NCBI GenBank assembly: GCA_965217585.1
Contig: OZ244561.1
Coordinates: 5,152,001-5,216,000, forward strand
Origin: Candidatus Latescibacterota bacterium
GTDB taxonomy: Bacteria; Latescibacterota; UBA2968; UBA8231
Direction: 5' to 3'
Length of the DNA: 64,000 nucleotides
The position numbers and the translations under genes are program-made. Under the pieces are notes generated by a model that made no database searches, had not been told where the DNA came from, and was given only the letters and a program-made list of their open reading frames with translations. Below, piece after piece: positions 54,272 through 63,807 of this stretch (position 1 is the stretch's first letter; the number at the start of each line of letters is the position of its first letter).

Positions 54272-57064
54272 ATGGCGAAACGAAAATCGACCAAGACTGT
54301 TGAAACTCTGCGGCACCAGGACGCATCGCGGAAGAATATTCCCACGGCTGAGTATCAGGCGGTGATGGCGGAGGACGACCGGAATCCGATTGAGGTCGCG
54401 TATGAGCAGCGCAATCGGGATCTCGATCCGCAGCTTGTTTGGCGTGGGAAGGATGAGCAGAACTGGTCGGATCTGGTGGTGCAAGCGCCGCCGCTGTTCA
54501 TTCAGGAGAAGGTGCATCCGAAGGTGCTGATCGACGATTTGCGGCAGCGGAGCAAGGAGACGGGGGACGGCGAATCGAGCTTGCAGGCTGATTTGTTTGC
54601 GGATTTTAACGGGCTGCCGAGCGCGGACGCCCAGACCGAGTTCTACCAGCACGACGCCAACTGGTCGAATCGGATGATTCTCGGGGATAGCTTGCAGGTG
54701 ATGGCGTCGTTGGCGGAGCGGGAGGGGCTGCGCGGCAAGGTGCAGTGCATCTACATCGACCCGCCCTACGGCATCAAGTTCAACTCCAACTTCCAGTGGT
54801 CAACGACCAGCCGCGACGTCAAGGACGGCAACGCCGGGCACATTACCCGCGAGCCGGAGCAGGTGAAGGCGTTTCGGGATACGTGGCGGGATGGGATTCA
54901 TTCGTATTTGACGTATTTGCGGGATCGGCTGACGGTGGCGCGGGATTTGTTGACGGAGAGCGGGTCGGTTTTCGTGCAGATTGGGGACGAGAATGTGCAT
55001 CGGGTGCGGGCGTTGGTAGAGGAAGTATTCGGAGAAGATAATTTTATTTCTCTGATCGTTGTGTGGAAGACAAGCTCGCAAACTTCAGCAGTGCTTTCTA
55101 CTACATGTGATTATATCGTGTGGTTCGCTAAAAACAGGGAGCATCTGAAGTATCGCCAAATTTTCACAGGGAAAGATTTTGGCGACACAAATTCATCTGC
55201 TGGAGAATACAAAAATTTTTGGGTAGGATTTGGCGAGTACCTGACAGATAAGCAGGCAACGGAAGCTGAAAAACAGGAACTGAAGCGGTTTCGCCCATCG
55301 CCGACAACAAGCCAATCTGGCTCGGAAACTACTCGTTTCCCTTTTAGTTTTCGCGGGGTAGTATTCAGACCAGGACCAGGAGGATGGAAGTCGAACAATG
55401 TTGGATTTCATCGTTTGGCTAAGGCTGATCGAATAATGGCTCGGGAAAAGAGTGTGTCGTACGTTCGGTTCTTGGAGGATTTTCCGGTTGTTCCAATCTC
55501 GGAACTGTGGACAGATGTTCGATGGGGCTTTGATGCATCGTTGAAGCGCTACGTCGTAGAAACCAACCCCAGAGTTGTCCAACGCTGCATCCTGATGACC
55601 ACCGACCCCGGCGACCTCGTCCTCGACCCCACCTGCGGCTCCGGCACCACCGCGTACGTCGCCGAGCAGTGGGGCCGCCGCTGGATCACCATCGACACCT
55701 CCCGCGTCGCCCTCGCGCTGGCCCGCGCCCGCATTATGGGCGCTCGCTATCCCTACTACCTGCTCGCCGACAGCCGCGACGGCCAAATCAAGGAAGCCGC
55801 GCTCACCCGCAAAGTCCCCTCGGAAGCGCCCACGTACAACGACATCCGCCAAGGTTTCGTGTACGAGCGCGTCCCCCACATCACCCTCAAGTCCATCGCC
55901 AACAACGCCGAAATCGACGTAATCTGGGAGAAATTCCAAGAAACGCTGGAGCCGCTGCGTCAGGAATTGAACGACGCGCTCGGCACATTATATAAGGAAT
56001 GGGAAATCCCCCGCGACGCCGACGACGCTTGGCCCGAGGAGGTCAGAAGAATTCACGCGGATTGGTGGGAACAGCGCATCGCCCGGCAAAAGGAAATCGA
56101 CGCTTCCATCGCCGCCAAAGCCGACTACGAATACCTCTACGACAAGCCCTACGAAGACAACAAGAAAGTCCGCGTCGCCGGCCCGTTTACGGTGGAAAGC
56201 CTGTCGCCGCACCGCCTGTTAGGCGTCAATGAAAACGACGAACTCATCGACAACGTCGCCGAAGCCAAGTTAGGGTACGGCGAAAAGCAGGACTTCGCCG
56301 AGATGATCCTCGACAATCTCAAAACCTCCGGCGTCCAACAGGCGCACAAAGAAGACCGCATCTCGTTTTCCGGGATCAGACCCTGGCCCGGCTACCACGT
56401 CTGCGCCGAGGGAACCTACATCGAAGGCAACGCCGACTCGGGCGCTGAGAAACGCGCCGGCATCTTCGTCGGCCCAGAATTCGGCACCGTCTCTCGCCCC
56501 GATCTCGTAACGGCGGTGCGCGAAGCCGCGGATGCCGACTTCGACGTGCTAGTCGCCTGCGCCTTCAACTACGACGCCCACGCCTCAGAGTTCAACAAAC
56601 TCGGCCGCGTCCCCGTCCTCAAGGCCCGCATGAACGCCGACCTGCACATGGCCTCCGACCTCAAAAACACCGGCAAAGGCAACCTTTTCGTCATCTTCGG
56701 CGAACCCGACATCGACATCCTCGACGCGGAAGACAGCCAAATCCAAGTCAAGGTCAACGGCGTGGACGTATTCCACCCGAACACCGGCGAAATCCGCAGC
56801 GACAGCGCCGACGGCATCGCCTGCTGGTTCGTCGATACCGATTACAACGAGGAAAGCTTCTTCGTCCGCCACGCTTACTTCCTCGGCGCTAGCGACCCGT
56901 ACAAATCGCTGCGGACGACGCTCAAAGCCGAGGTCAACCAAGAAGCCTGGGAAACCCTCCACAGCGACACCTCCCGACCTTTCGCCAAGCCGACGTCCGG
57001 CCGCATCGCCGTGAAGGTGATCAATCATCTGGGGGACGAGGTGATGAAGGTGTTTCGGGTGTGA
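54272..57064 (+). CDS. mod: Type III R-M DNA methyltransferase Mod subunit
   Basis: NRMILGDSL, IDPPY, VLDPTCGSGTT; AT-richer central target recognition region. Confidence 0.92.
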   Translation: MAKRKSTKTVETLRHQDASRKNIPTAEYQAVMAEDDRNPIEVAYEQRNRDLDPQLVWRGKDEQNWSDLVVQAPPLFIQEKVHPKVLIDDLRQRSKETGDGESSLQADLFADFNGLPSADAQTEFYQHDANWSNRMILGDSLQVMASLAEREGLRGKVQCIYIDPPYGIKFNSNFQWSTTSRDVKDGNAGHITREPEQVKAFRDTWRDGIHSYLTYLRDRLTVARDLLTESGSVFVQIGDENVHRVRALVEEVFGEDNFISLIVVWKTSSQTSAVLSTTCDYIVWFAKNREHLKYRQIFTGKDFGDTNSSAGEYKNFWVGFGEYLTDKQATEAEKQELKRFRPSPTTSQSGSETTRFPFSFRGVVFRPGPGGWKSNNVGFHRLAKADRIMAREKSVSYVRFLEDFPVVPISELWTDVRWGFDASLKRYVVETNPRVVQRCILMTTDPGDLVLDPTCGSGTTAYVAEQWGRRWITIDTSRVALALARARIMGARYPYYLLADSRDGQIKEAALTRKVPSEAPTYNDIRQGFVYERVPHITLKSIANNAEIDVIWEKFQETLEPLRQELNDALGTLYKEWEIPRDADDAWPEEVRRIHADWWEQRIARQKEIDASIAAKADYEYLYDKPYEDNKKVRVAGPFTVESLSPHRLLGVNENDELIDNVAEAKLGYGEKQDFAEMILDNLKTSGVQQAHKEDRISFSGIRPWPGYHVCAEGTYIEGNADSGAEKRAGIFVGPEFGTVSRPDLVTAVREAADADFDVLVACAFNYDAHASEFNKLGRVPVLKARMNADLHMASDLKNTGKGNLFVIFGEPDIDILDAEDSQIQVKVNGVDVFHPNTGEIRSDSADGIACWFVDTDYNEESFFVRHAYFLGASDPYKSLRTTLKAEVNQEAWETLHSDTSRPFAKPTSGRIAVKVINHLGDEVMKVFRV

Positions 57065-57094
57065 CTCCACCCATACAAACTCGGGAGATGCCTT

Positions 57095-58084
57095 ATGGCC
57101 AGCGCTGACCAACTCAAGGCACTGCTAAAGTCGCACTTGGAAGGCGACGACGAGCGCTTCTTCTCTGTCGCCATACAGGTCGCTGCCCACGAAGCGAAGC
57201 TGGGGCACGGCAAGCTTGCCGAAGAACTGCGGACCATGATTGACGAAGCCAAGGGCCGGCGTGGCGCGGGTTCGCTGGTGCCGATTGGCCGCCCGCACGG
57301 CGAATTGGCGAACCTTCTGGAAGCTTCCTACCCAAAGGCTCGGCTCGGCTCGATGATTCTGGGCGATGCTCTCGCCCAGCAGATAGAGCGCGTCATTCGT
57401 GAACAACGCCATGCCGGGCGGATTGTAGAGTATGGCCTCTCGCCTAGACGCAAGCTGCTGCTGACAGGCCCTCCCGGCACAGGCAAGACCCTGACGGCTA
57501 CCGTCCTAGCCGGGGAGCTCGGCCTTCCTCTCTTTCAGGTCCAACTCGACGGTCTCATTACCAAGTACATGGGGGAAACCGCGGCCAAGCTACGACAGAT
57601 ATTCGATGCCACGAGCCGGACCCGTGGCATCTACTTCTTCGACGAGTTCGACGCTATCGGTTCGCAGCGCGGACTCACCAACGATGTGGGCGAGATCCGT
57701 CGAGTGCTGAACAGCTTCTTGCAGATGATCGAGCAAGACCGCTCTCACAGCCTCGTCGTCGCGGCAACGAATCACCCCGGAATACTTGATCCGGCGCTCT
57801 TCCGCCGCTTCGACGACATTCTGCACTACGACCTGCCCGACAAGTCGCAGATCGTGAAGCTCCTGAAGACACGTCTCGCTGGAATGGCCGTCAAGGGGGT
57901 CCGGTGGGGGAACTTGGCCGACTTAGCGGTGGGATTGAGTTACGCGGAAGTCACTCGCACCACGAACGAGGTACTGAAAGATGCGCTGATCCATGAACGT
58001 GCTCGGGTCCATACAGAGGACATCCGAACGATGCTCACCGAGCGCAAAAATGTCGCCCAGAAACTACATAAGCAAAGCGAGTAA
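57095..58084 (+). CDS. AAA ATPase, IetA-like
   Basis: [27 protein letters not shown]; precedes S8 peptidase. Confidence 0.88.
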   Translation: MASADQLKALLKSHLEGDDERFFSVAIQVAAHEAKLGHGKLAEELRTMIDEAKGRRGAGSLVPIGRPHGELANLLEASYPKARLGSMILGDALAQQIERVIREQRHAGRIVEYGLSPRRKLLLTGPPGTGKTLTATVLAGELGLPLFQVQLDGLITKYMGETAAKLRQIFDATSRTRGIYFFDEFDAIGSQRGLTNDVGEIRRVLNSFLQMIEQDRSHSLVVAATNHPGILDPALFRRFDDILHYDLPDKSQIVKLLKTRLAGMAVKGVRWGNLADLAVGLSYAEVTRTTNEVLKDALIHERARVHTEDIRTMLTERKNVAQKLHKQSE

Positions 58085-58104
58085 CGGAAGGAGTACAGCC
58101 TCAA

Positions 58105-60561
58105 ATGACGGAAGGAACCGAAGGACGACATCGGCACTTCATCCTCGAAGGAGTCACCGAGACGGAGGCATATAGTTCCCTGCGGCAACGCGTGAAGCGT
58201 CCACAGGTGCCAGAGCAGGATCGCGCACAGCACGGCGGAGAGTTGCAGCGCCAGATCAACGAGCTTCGGGAGGAAGCAGACTCCGTCAGGGAGGTCCAAC
58301 GGGACGCGGGGATAGAGGACGGTCTGGGTCTTCAGGTAGAATTCGAGAGCTTTCCCGACGTAGAGCTAGCTTTTGAAAGCTTGGCACGCGAGCGTTCCGG
58401 GATTGAGTTGCTGAACGTCCGTCATGAGGAAAATCGAACCTTGGCCCCAGTCTTTGTACCCGACGGCAAGCTCAATCACTTCGAGCGTCTCATCCGTGAC
58501 TACTTGGCGGAGAGGAAAGACAGCATTGGTCGTGCCCGCGATAACAGGCGACTGATTGACGCGATCCGGCAGATCCGGGCGGCGAGCCTTCGGGCGCTCT
58601 GGACCGACGCTCCCGAGGCGTTTCCTTCCGCTGAAGAGGGACCGCTCTGGTGGGAGGTTTGGCTGCCCGTCGTCCGGGATCGGAACGCAACGACCTCAAC
58701 GTTTTTCGGCCGGGCCGCGGCACAGGGGATGCGGATAGCGCCAGGCAATGTGGCTTTCCCCGAGCGTACTGTCTTGTTGATGTACGCATCGGTTGATCAG
58801 ATGCAGCGTTCTATGGTCACGCTCAACAGCATTGCCGAATTGCGGCGCGCAAAGGAGACGGCGGACTTCGTCGATTCTTTGCGACTCGACGAACAGGCCG
58901 GGTGGCTCGAGTACCTGCTGAATCGGACTCGTTTTGCGGGCGAAACCAACCAGACGCCATACGTCTGCCTGCTCGATACAGGAGTAAATCGCGGTCATCC
59001 GCTGCTTACTCCCGCTCTCGCTGCCAGTGACTTCTATACCGTCGAACCCGGTTGGGGTACCGACGATGATGACGGCCACGGGACGGAGATGGCAGGAGTG
59101 GCCCTAGTTGGGAACTTGACGGAACTTCTGGATAGCAACGATCCCGTGAAAATCGATCATCGCCTCGAATCGGTGAAGTTACTGCCTCATGATGGTGCGA
59201 CCGGAACAGACCCCCAGCACCACGGATATTTGACGGTGGAAGCGGTAGCGCACCCCGAGATTACCGCGCCTGCCCGGCTCCGAGTCTTCGGGATGGCTAT
59301 TACGGCTCGTGATAATCGAGATCGGGGGCGACCGTCTGCTTGGTCGGCAGCGATCGATTCGCTGGCGGCAGATGTTGACGGTACGAATCCGCGTCTGATG
59401 ATCGTTTCCGCCGGTAACATCAAAGAGCCCAATGCTTGGTCTCACTACCCTGATTCTAATGATACGGACGGAGTGCACGATCCCGCCCAAGCATGGAACG
59501 CCCTTACCATCGGTGCCTATACCGACCTCGTGCGAATAACCGAGCCAGATACGAATGATTATGAACCAGTCGCCCCAAAGGGAGGTCTGAGTCCCTTCAG
59601 TACGACCTCGCTGACGTGGCAGGCGCATTGGCCGCTGAAGCCGGACATCGTCCTTGAGGGTGGCAACGCCGCAAAAGACTCGCTAAGCGCCGTATGGTTA
59701 TCCAGTCTCAGCCTGCTGACGACCCATCATCGTCCGGCGGATCAACTTTTCACGACGACCAATGCCACCAGTGCGGCCACGGCACTCGCATCCCGTTTGG
59801 CGGCGCAGGTGATGGCTGTCTATCCCGGCCTGTGGCCCGAGACCATCCGCGCCCTAATCGTCCACTCGGCAGAATGGACCAAAGCCATGAAGCGAATGTT
59901 CCTGCCTCAAGACAAAGATCCGACGAAGCAGGACTATTCGAATTTGCTTCGTCGGTGTGGCTTCGGCGTGCCGGACATTGACCGCGTGCTATGGAGCGTC
60001 GGGAACTCCTTGACGATGGTGGTCGAGGAGAGTCTGCATCCCTTCAAGCGCGAGATAGGAAAGCAACCAACCCTTCGTGACATGCATCTCCACAATCTGC
60101 CTTGGCCGTGCGATGTCTTAGAGAGCTTGGGAGAAACGTCTGTCGAGATGCGGGTCACACTGTCCTACTTCATCGAGCCGAATCCATCACGACGGGGCAC
60201 CCTTTCGCGTTACCGGTACGAATCGCACGGGCTCCGTTTCGACGTAAAGCGGCCACTCGAATCGACAGACGAGTTTCGGAAGCGGATCAATCTGGCGGCA
60301 AGAGACGAGGAGGAAGGTCCCCGCCGTAGCGGCAGCGATCCACAGTGGCTGATCGGAACGCAAGGTCGCCACAGAGGTTCGTTGCACAGCGACATCTGGC
60401 GATACGAAAATCAGCAACAGATGGATTCGGAAGAATTTTTTGACCAGTACAGCCGGGGCCAACTATCCGACGACGCAGTATTCGTCGATTGGGCCAATGA
60501 CTACCGCCACTATTTGCAACTCCGTCAAAAACTAGCGGAGAGCCTGCCCGATGTTGCATGA
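58105..60561 (+). CDS. S8 (subtilisin-like) peptidase, IetS-like, with apparently foreign C-terminal tail
   Basis: LLDTGVN, HGTEMAG, VSAGN, KPDIV.EGGN, NATSAATA, TLSYFIEPNP. Confidence 0.85.
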   Translation: MTEGTEGRHRHFILEGVTETEAYSSLRQRVKRPQVPEQDRAQHGGELQRQINELREEADSVREVQRDAGIEDGLGLQVEFESFPDVELAFESLARERSGIELLNVRHEENRTLAPVFVPDGKLNHFERLIRDYLAERKDSIGRARDNRRLIDAIRQIRAASLRALWTDAPEAFPSAEEGPLWWEVWLPVVRDRNATTSTFFGRAAAQGMRIAPGNVAFPERTVLLMYASVDQMQRSMVTLNSIAELRRAKETADFVDSLRLDEQAGWLEYLLNRTRFAGETNQTPYVCLLDTGVNRGHPLLTPALAASDFYTVEPGWGTDDDDGHGTEMAGVALVGNLTELLDSNDPVKIDHRLESVKLLPHDGATGTDPQHHGYLTVEAVAHPEITAPARLRVFGMAITARDNRDRGRPSAWSAAIDSLAADVDGTNPRLMIVSAGNIKEPNAWSHYPDSNDTDGVHDPAQAWNALTIGAYTDLVRITEPDTNDYEPVAPKGGLSPFSTTSLTWQAHWPLKPDIVLEGGNAAKDSLSAVWLSSLSLLTTHHRPADQLFTTTNATSAATALASRLAAQVMAVYPGLWPETIRALIVHSAEWTKAMKRMFLPQDKDPTKQDYSNLLRRCGFGVPDIDRVLWSVGNSLTMVVEESLHPFKREIGKQPTLRDMHLHNLPWPCDVLESLGETSVEMRVTLSYFIEPNPSRRGTLSRYRYESHGLRFDVKRPLESTDEFRKRINLAARDEEEGPRRSGSDPQWLIGTQGRHRGSLHSDIWRYENQQQMDSEEFFDQYSRGQLSDDAVFVDWANDYRHYLQLRQKLAESLPDVA

Positions 60562-60619
60562 GGTCCTAGTCGCCTACTTGGAGAAGTCGGTGATAGAGGA
60601 CATCGACGATGAGAAATGA
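60551..60619 (+). pseudogene. Possible TumE/DUF6516 toxin N-terminal stub (MLHEVLVAYLEK...)
   Basis: ATG overlaps end of the TumA-like tail; only 22 codons. Confidence 0.35.
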
Positions 60620-60749
60620 CCCTATCGTGGCTGAAGTTCGCGCAATACGAGACGAACTTGCCGCTCAGTGTGGCTACGACATCAAGGAGATCTTCCAGGA
60701 GCTGAGACAGTTCGGGAAGATCAGCTCAAAAATGGGAGACTCGCAATGA
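60609..60749 (+). CDS. Second DPIVxEVRxIR small protein (46 aa)
   Basis: Hand translation MRNDPIVAEVRAIRDELAAQCGYDIKEIF; homologous to 51907-52107; ATGA overlap with next gene. Confidence 0.65.
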   Translation: MRNDPIVAEVRAIRDELAAQCGYDIKEIFQELRQFGKISSKMGDSQ

Positions 60750-62296
60750 ATAAACCTAGGAACCCCACGACCACGGCACACCCTGACGTTCAGATTTCGG
60801 CGACGAATTTTGGACCCATCGCAAGCGGCACCGTAGATCTGCGGCCGCTGACGGTGTTCGTTGGTCCGAGCAACACCGGCAAGACCTACTTCGCCATTTT
60901 GATCTACGCGTTGCACCGAATCCTTGGTGGATTTCCGCGGCTTCCGTACCACCTACATTATTTTAGGCAAGGTCCTCGACATGACAAATCGGAGGCGGAT
61001 GCTGACGTGCGGGAAGAACTCGAGGATGTTCTCGAAATGCTGGAAACTGAGGGGCGGCAGTTCAGGTTCTCGGACCTGCCCGAAAGTGTGCGCGACGCAG
61101 CACAGACTGCTCTTGGGGATCCCGATTTGTTAGGTGCGGAACTAAGGACCGAACTCGAACGCTGTTTCGATCTCGAGTCGGCTTCCGATCTGGTTCGATT
61201 GTCCGGGCACCCCGATAGCATGAAGGTTTCGCTGGCTGTTGGCGAGGAAGATCGGGATCTCTGGCGTTTCCGCATGGGTATCTCGGAGTCGGGTGTCACC
61301 ACGGATGGTCGAATCGAGGACATGGTCATCCTACCCGAAGGGTGGTCGGCTTCGGAATTCATGCCCGGCCGGCTATTCAGCCATTTCCGAGGATTAATCA
61401 AAGAGTTACGGGGAATCGAACCCCTCAAAGAGTTACGGGGAATCGAACCCTCACTGAGTTTTTGGTATCTATTTGAAGTACTCTTGTACACAGCCCCCAT
61501 TGTTAGCGGGCGGGGCGAGACTCATTACCTGCCGGCCGCCCGCAGCGGCATCATGCAGAGCCACCGCGTTATCGCAAGCTCCTTCGTGGCGCGCTCCACC
61601 CGCGGGGGACTGGAACGCTTCCCGGAGCTTCCGACGCTTTCAGGCGTGATGGCCGATTTCATGCAGCGGCTCATCCTCTACGAAGAGAGCCGAGCGACTA
61701 ACAGGCTGATGAACGCACTCGCCGACGCACTGGAACGCGAGACCCTTGCCGGGCAGATACAGGCCAAGATGTCTCCATCGGGAGGATATCCGGAATTTGT
61801 GTACCGACCACAGGAAACGGAAGAGGACATTCGCCTGACTCGTGCTTCGTCCATGGTGTCCGAACTCGCTCCCGTTGTGCTGTTTCTACGCGGAACCATC
61901 GGTCGTGGCGATATGCTCATCATCGAGGAGCCCGAAGCTCATCTGCATCCCGCTGCCCAGACCCAGATAGCGGTGACCCTAGCGCGCATGATTCGCGCCG
62001 GGGTCCGAGTGGTGGTCACGACGCACAGCGACTGGTTGCTCAAGGAGATCGGAAACCTGATGCGGGAGGGGGAGTTGGGAGAAAAGACAGGTGAGCCCAC
62101 GAGCGAAGAATCCCTTCCGATTTCGCTCCGGCCAAGCGAGGTGGGAATCTGGTTGTTCCGCAAGGATGGAACGTCAGCGGGTTCGATAGTGGAGGAAGTC
62201 CCATTCGACCGCAGCGAAGGCGTGGAGCCTCCTGATTATGAAGATGTCGCTGAAGAACTTTACAACCGTTCAGCAAACCTGCAAAACCGAGTGTAA
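60746..62296 (+). CDS. ABC-type AAA ATPase (AAA_15/AAA_21-like)
   Basis: NFGPI, GPSNTGKT, LPAARSG, ASSMVSE, IIEEPEAHLHP, TTHSD. Confidence 0.88.
   Translation: MNKPRNPTTTAHPDVQISATNFGPIASGTVDLRPLTVFVGPSNTGKTYFAILIYALHRILGGFPRLPYHLHYFRQGPRHDKSEADADVREELEDVLEMLETEGRQFRFSDLPESVRDAAQTALGDPDLLGAELRTELERCFDLESASDLVRLSGHPDSMKVSLAVGEEDRDLWRFRMGISESGVTTDGRIEDMVILPEGWSASEFMPGRLFSHFRGLIKELRGIEPLKELRGIEPSLSFWYLFEVLLYTAPIVSGRGETHYLPAARSGIMQSHRVIASSFVARSTRGGLERFPELPTLSGVMADFMQRLILYEESRATNRLMNALADALERETLAGQIQAKMSPSGGYPEFVYRPQETEEDIRLTRASSMVSELAPVVLFLRGTIGRGDMLIIEEPEAHLHPAAQTQIAVTLARMIRAGVRVVVTTHSDWLLKEIGNLMREGELGEKTGEPTSEESLPISLRPSEVGIWLFRKDGTSAGSIVEEVPFDRSEGVEPPDYEDVAEELYNRSANLQNRV
61398..61450 (+). repeat. 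In-frame 27-bp tandem duplication (KELRGIEP twice)
   Basis: TCAAAGAGTTACGGGGAATCGAACCC at 61398 and 61425. Confidence 0.92.
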
Positions 62297-62416
62297 CGAT
62301 TCGTACCAAGTGTTCCAGCGCAGAGAGATTCCTGACTTCACCCCCAATGCAATAGGGCACCCATAAGGGCATCTGTTCCAGACCAATAGTTGGAACAAAT
62401 GTCACAAGGGGTGCCC

Positions 62417-63677
62417 CAGGGCAATCGCACCAAAAATTGAGATTTGTCATAGGGTTATGTTATATTTTCTGTGTCTTTTTCGATAGCGCTGGTGCGCTGC
62501 TTCTCTCCCCTTCTCTTGGAACGTTTCCCCATGGCACCTTCGGCTGATTCACTGATTGAACATTTTTCCCAGGTACCCGATCCCCGTATCGAGCGCAGCC
62601 AAAGGCATCGTCTCATCGATATTGTGGTCATTGCCGTGTGTGGCGCGATCTGCGGGGCCGACAACTGGGTGCATATCGCTGAGTTTGGGCGATCCAAATA
62701 CGACTGGCTAAAAACCTTTCTGGCGTTGCCCAATGGCATTCCTTCCCATGACACCTTCGGCCGCGTCTTCGCCCGGATCTCGCCCGAGCATTTCCAGGAC
62801 TGTTTCAGTGCTTGGGTCCAATCCCTCCTCCCCAAGCTTGAGGAAGAGATTGTGCCTATTGATGGCAAAACGTTGCGCCACTCTTATGACCGAACCTCGG
62901 GTAAAGCAGCCGTACATATGGTCAATGCCTGGGCGGTGAAAAACCGACTGGTGTTAGGCCAGTTCCACTGTGAAGGCGGTCTGGACGAGATCACCCTCAT
63001 TCCCGAACTGCTGCGTGTGCTGGCGCTCAAAGGCTGCATCGTCACCGTCGATGCCATCGGCTGCCACAAAAGCGTGGCCGAACAGGTCATCGACCGGCAA
63101 GGCGACTACGTACTGGCCGTCAAGGCTAATCAGCCCAAGCTGTTGCATCATCTGCGTCAGGTCTTCGACCGAGGGGAGCCTCAACTGCATCAGGATCTAT
63201 CGGTCGACATGTTTGAGACCTACGATGAAAACCACGGCCGCATTGAGACCCGCCGGTACTGGACCACCGATCAGGTCGACGCTTTTGCCGATGGGACCGC
63301 TTGGAAGGGCTTAGGCTTGTTCGGTATGGTTGAAGCCCAGCGACAGGTAGGCGATCAAGTCTCCGTGGAACGACGCTACTATATCTCCAGCCTGGACAAC
63401 GATGCCCAGCGGTTTGGTGAAGCGGTGCGTAGTCATTGGAGCATTGAAAATTCCTTGCACTGGATACTGGATGTGGTCTTCCGTGAAGATGACTCACGGG
63501 TACGCACCGGCCATGCCCCGGAAAATATGGCCCTCCTGCGACAGATTGCCGTGAGTCTGCTCCAGCAAGAGAAGACGGCCAAGGTCGGCGTCCAGACCAA
63601 ACGGCTCAAGGCCGGATGGGATAACACCTATTTGGCTAAAGTATTGTCCGCTGGGCACTTTTGATGCGATTGCCCTG
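62417..63677 (+). mobile_element. ISAs1 family insertion sequence
   Basis: IRs CAGGGCAATCGCACCAAAA / TTTTGATGCGATTGCCCTG; 9-bp TSD GGGGTGCCC. Confidence 0.93.
62531..63664 (+). CDS. ISAs1 family transposase
   Basis: VPDPR, GIPSHDTF, IDGKTLR, TVDAIGCH, HGRIETR, HWSIENSLHWILDV.FRED. Confidence 0.95.
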   Translation: MAPSADSLIEHFSQVPDPRIERSQRHRLIDIVVIAVCGAICGADNWVHIAEFGRSKYDWLKTFLALPNGIPSHDTFGRVFARISPEHFQDCFSAWVQSLLPKLEEEIVPIDGKTLRHSYDRTSGKAAVHMVNAWAVKNRLVLGQFHCEGGLDEITLIPELLRVLALKGCIVTVDAIGCHKSVAEQVIDRQGDYVLAVKANQPKLLHHLRQVFDRGEPQLHQDLSVDMFETYDENHGRIETRRYWTTDQVDAFADGTAWKGLGLFGMVEAQRQVGDQVSVERRYYISSLDNDAQRFGEAVRSHWSIENSLHWILDVVFREDDSRVRTGHAPENMALLRQIAVSLLQQEKTAKVGVQTKRLKAGWDNTYLAKVLSAGHF

Positions 63678-63807
63678 GGGGTGCCCCTACGATGTTGTCG
63701 TGTATTAACGTGCCCTACTTCTCATCGTCATCAACAACCTTGAAGTCGGCGTCCACTGGACCCGAATCCCCACCCCCTTGCGGCTGGCTGGCGGCACCTT
63801 CCTCCGC

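Larger units (their letters stand above)
47584..62296 (+). other. Defence island (type III R-M, IetAS-like pair, TA remnants, IS)
   Basis: Co-oriented cluster of defence-type genes after housekeeping block; no integrase or att repeats seen. Confidence 0.75.

Noticed and set aside
54272-57064. Phase-variable mod gene
   Set aside because: No simple sequence repeat tract seen in the ORF or upstream
61398-61452. tRNA T-arm-like GGGTTCGATTCCC on minus strand (possible att site)
   Set aside because: No cloverleaf or CCA end; sits in frame within the ATPase gene as a local duplication
47527-63800. Prophage or ICE boundaries for the defence island
   Set aside because: No integrase, tRNA, flanking direct repeats, or phage and conjugation genes found
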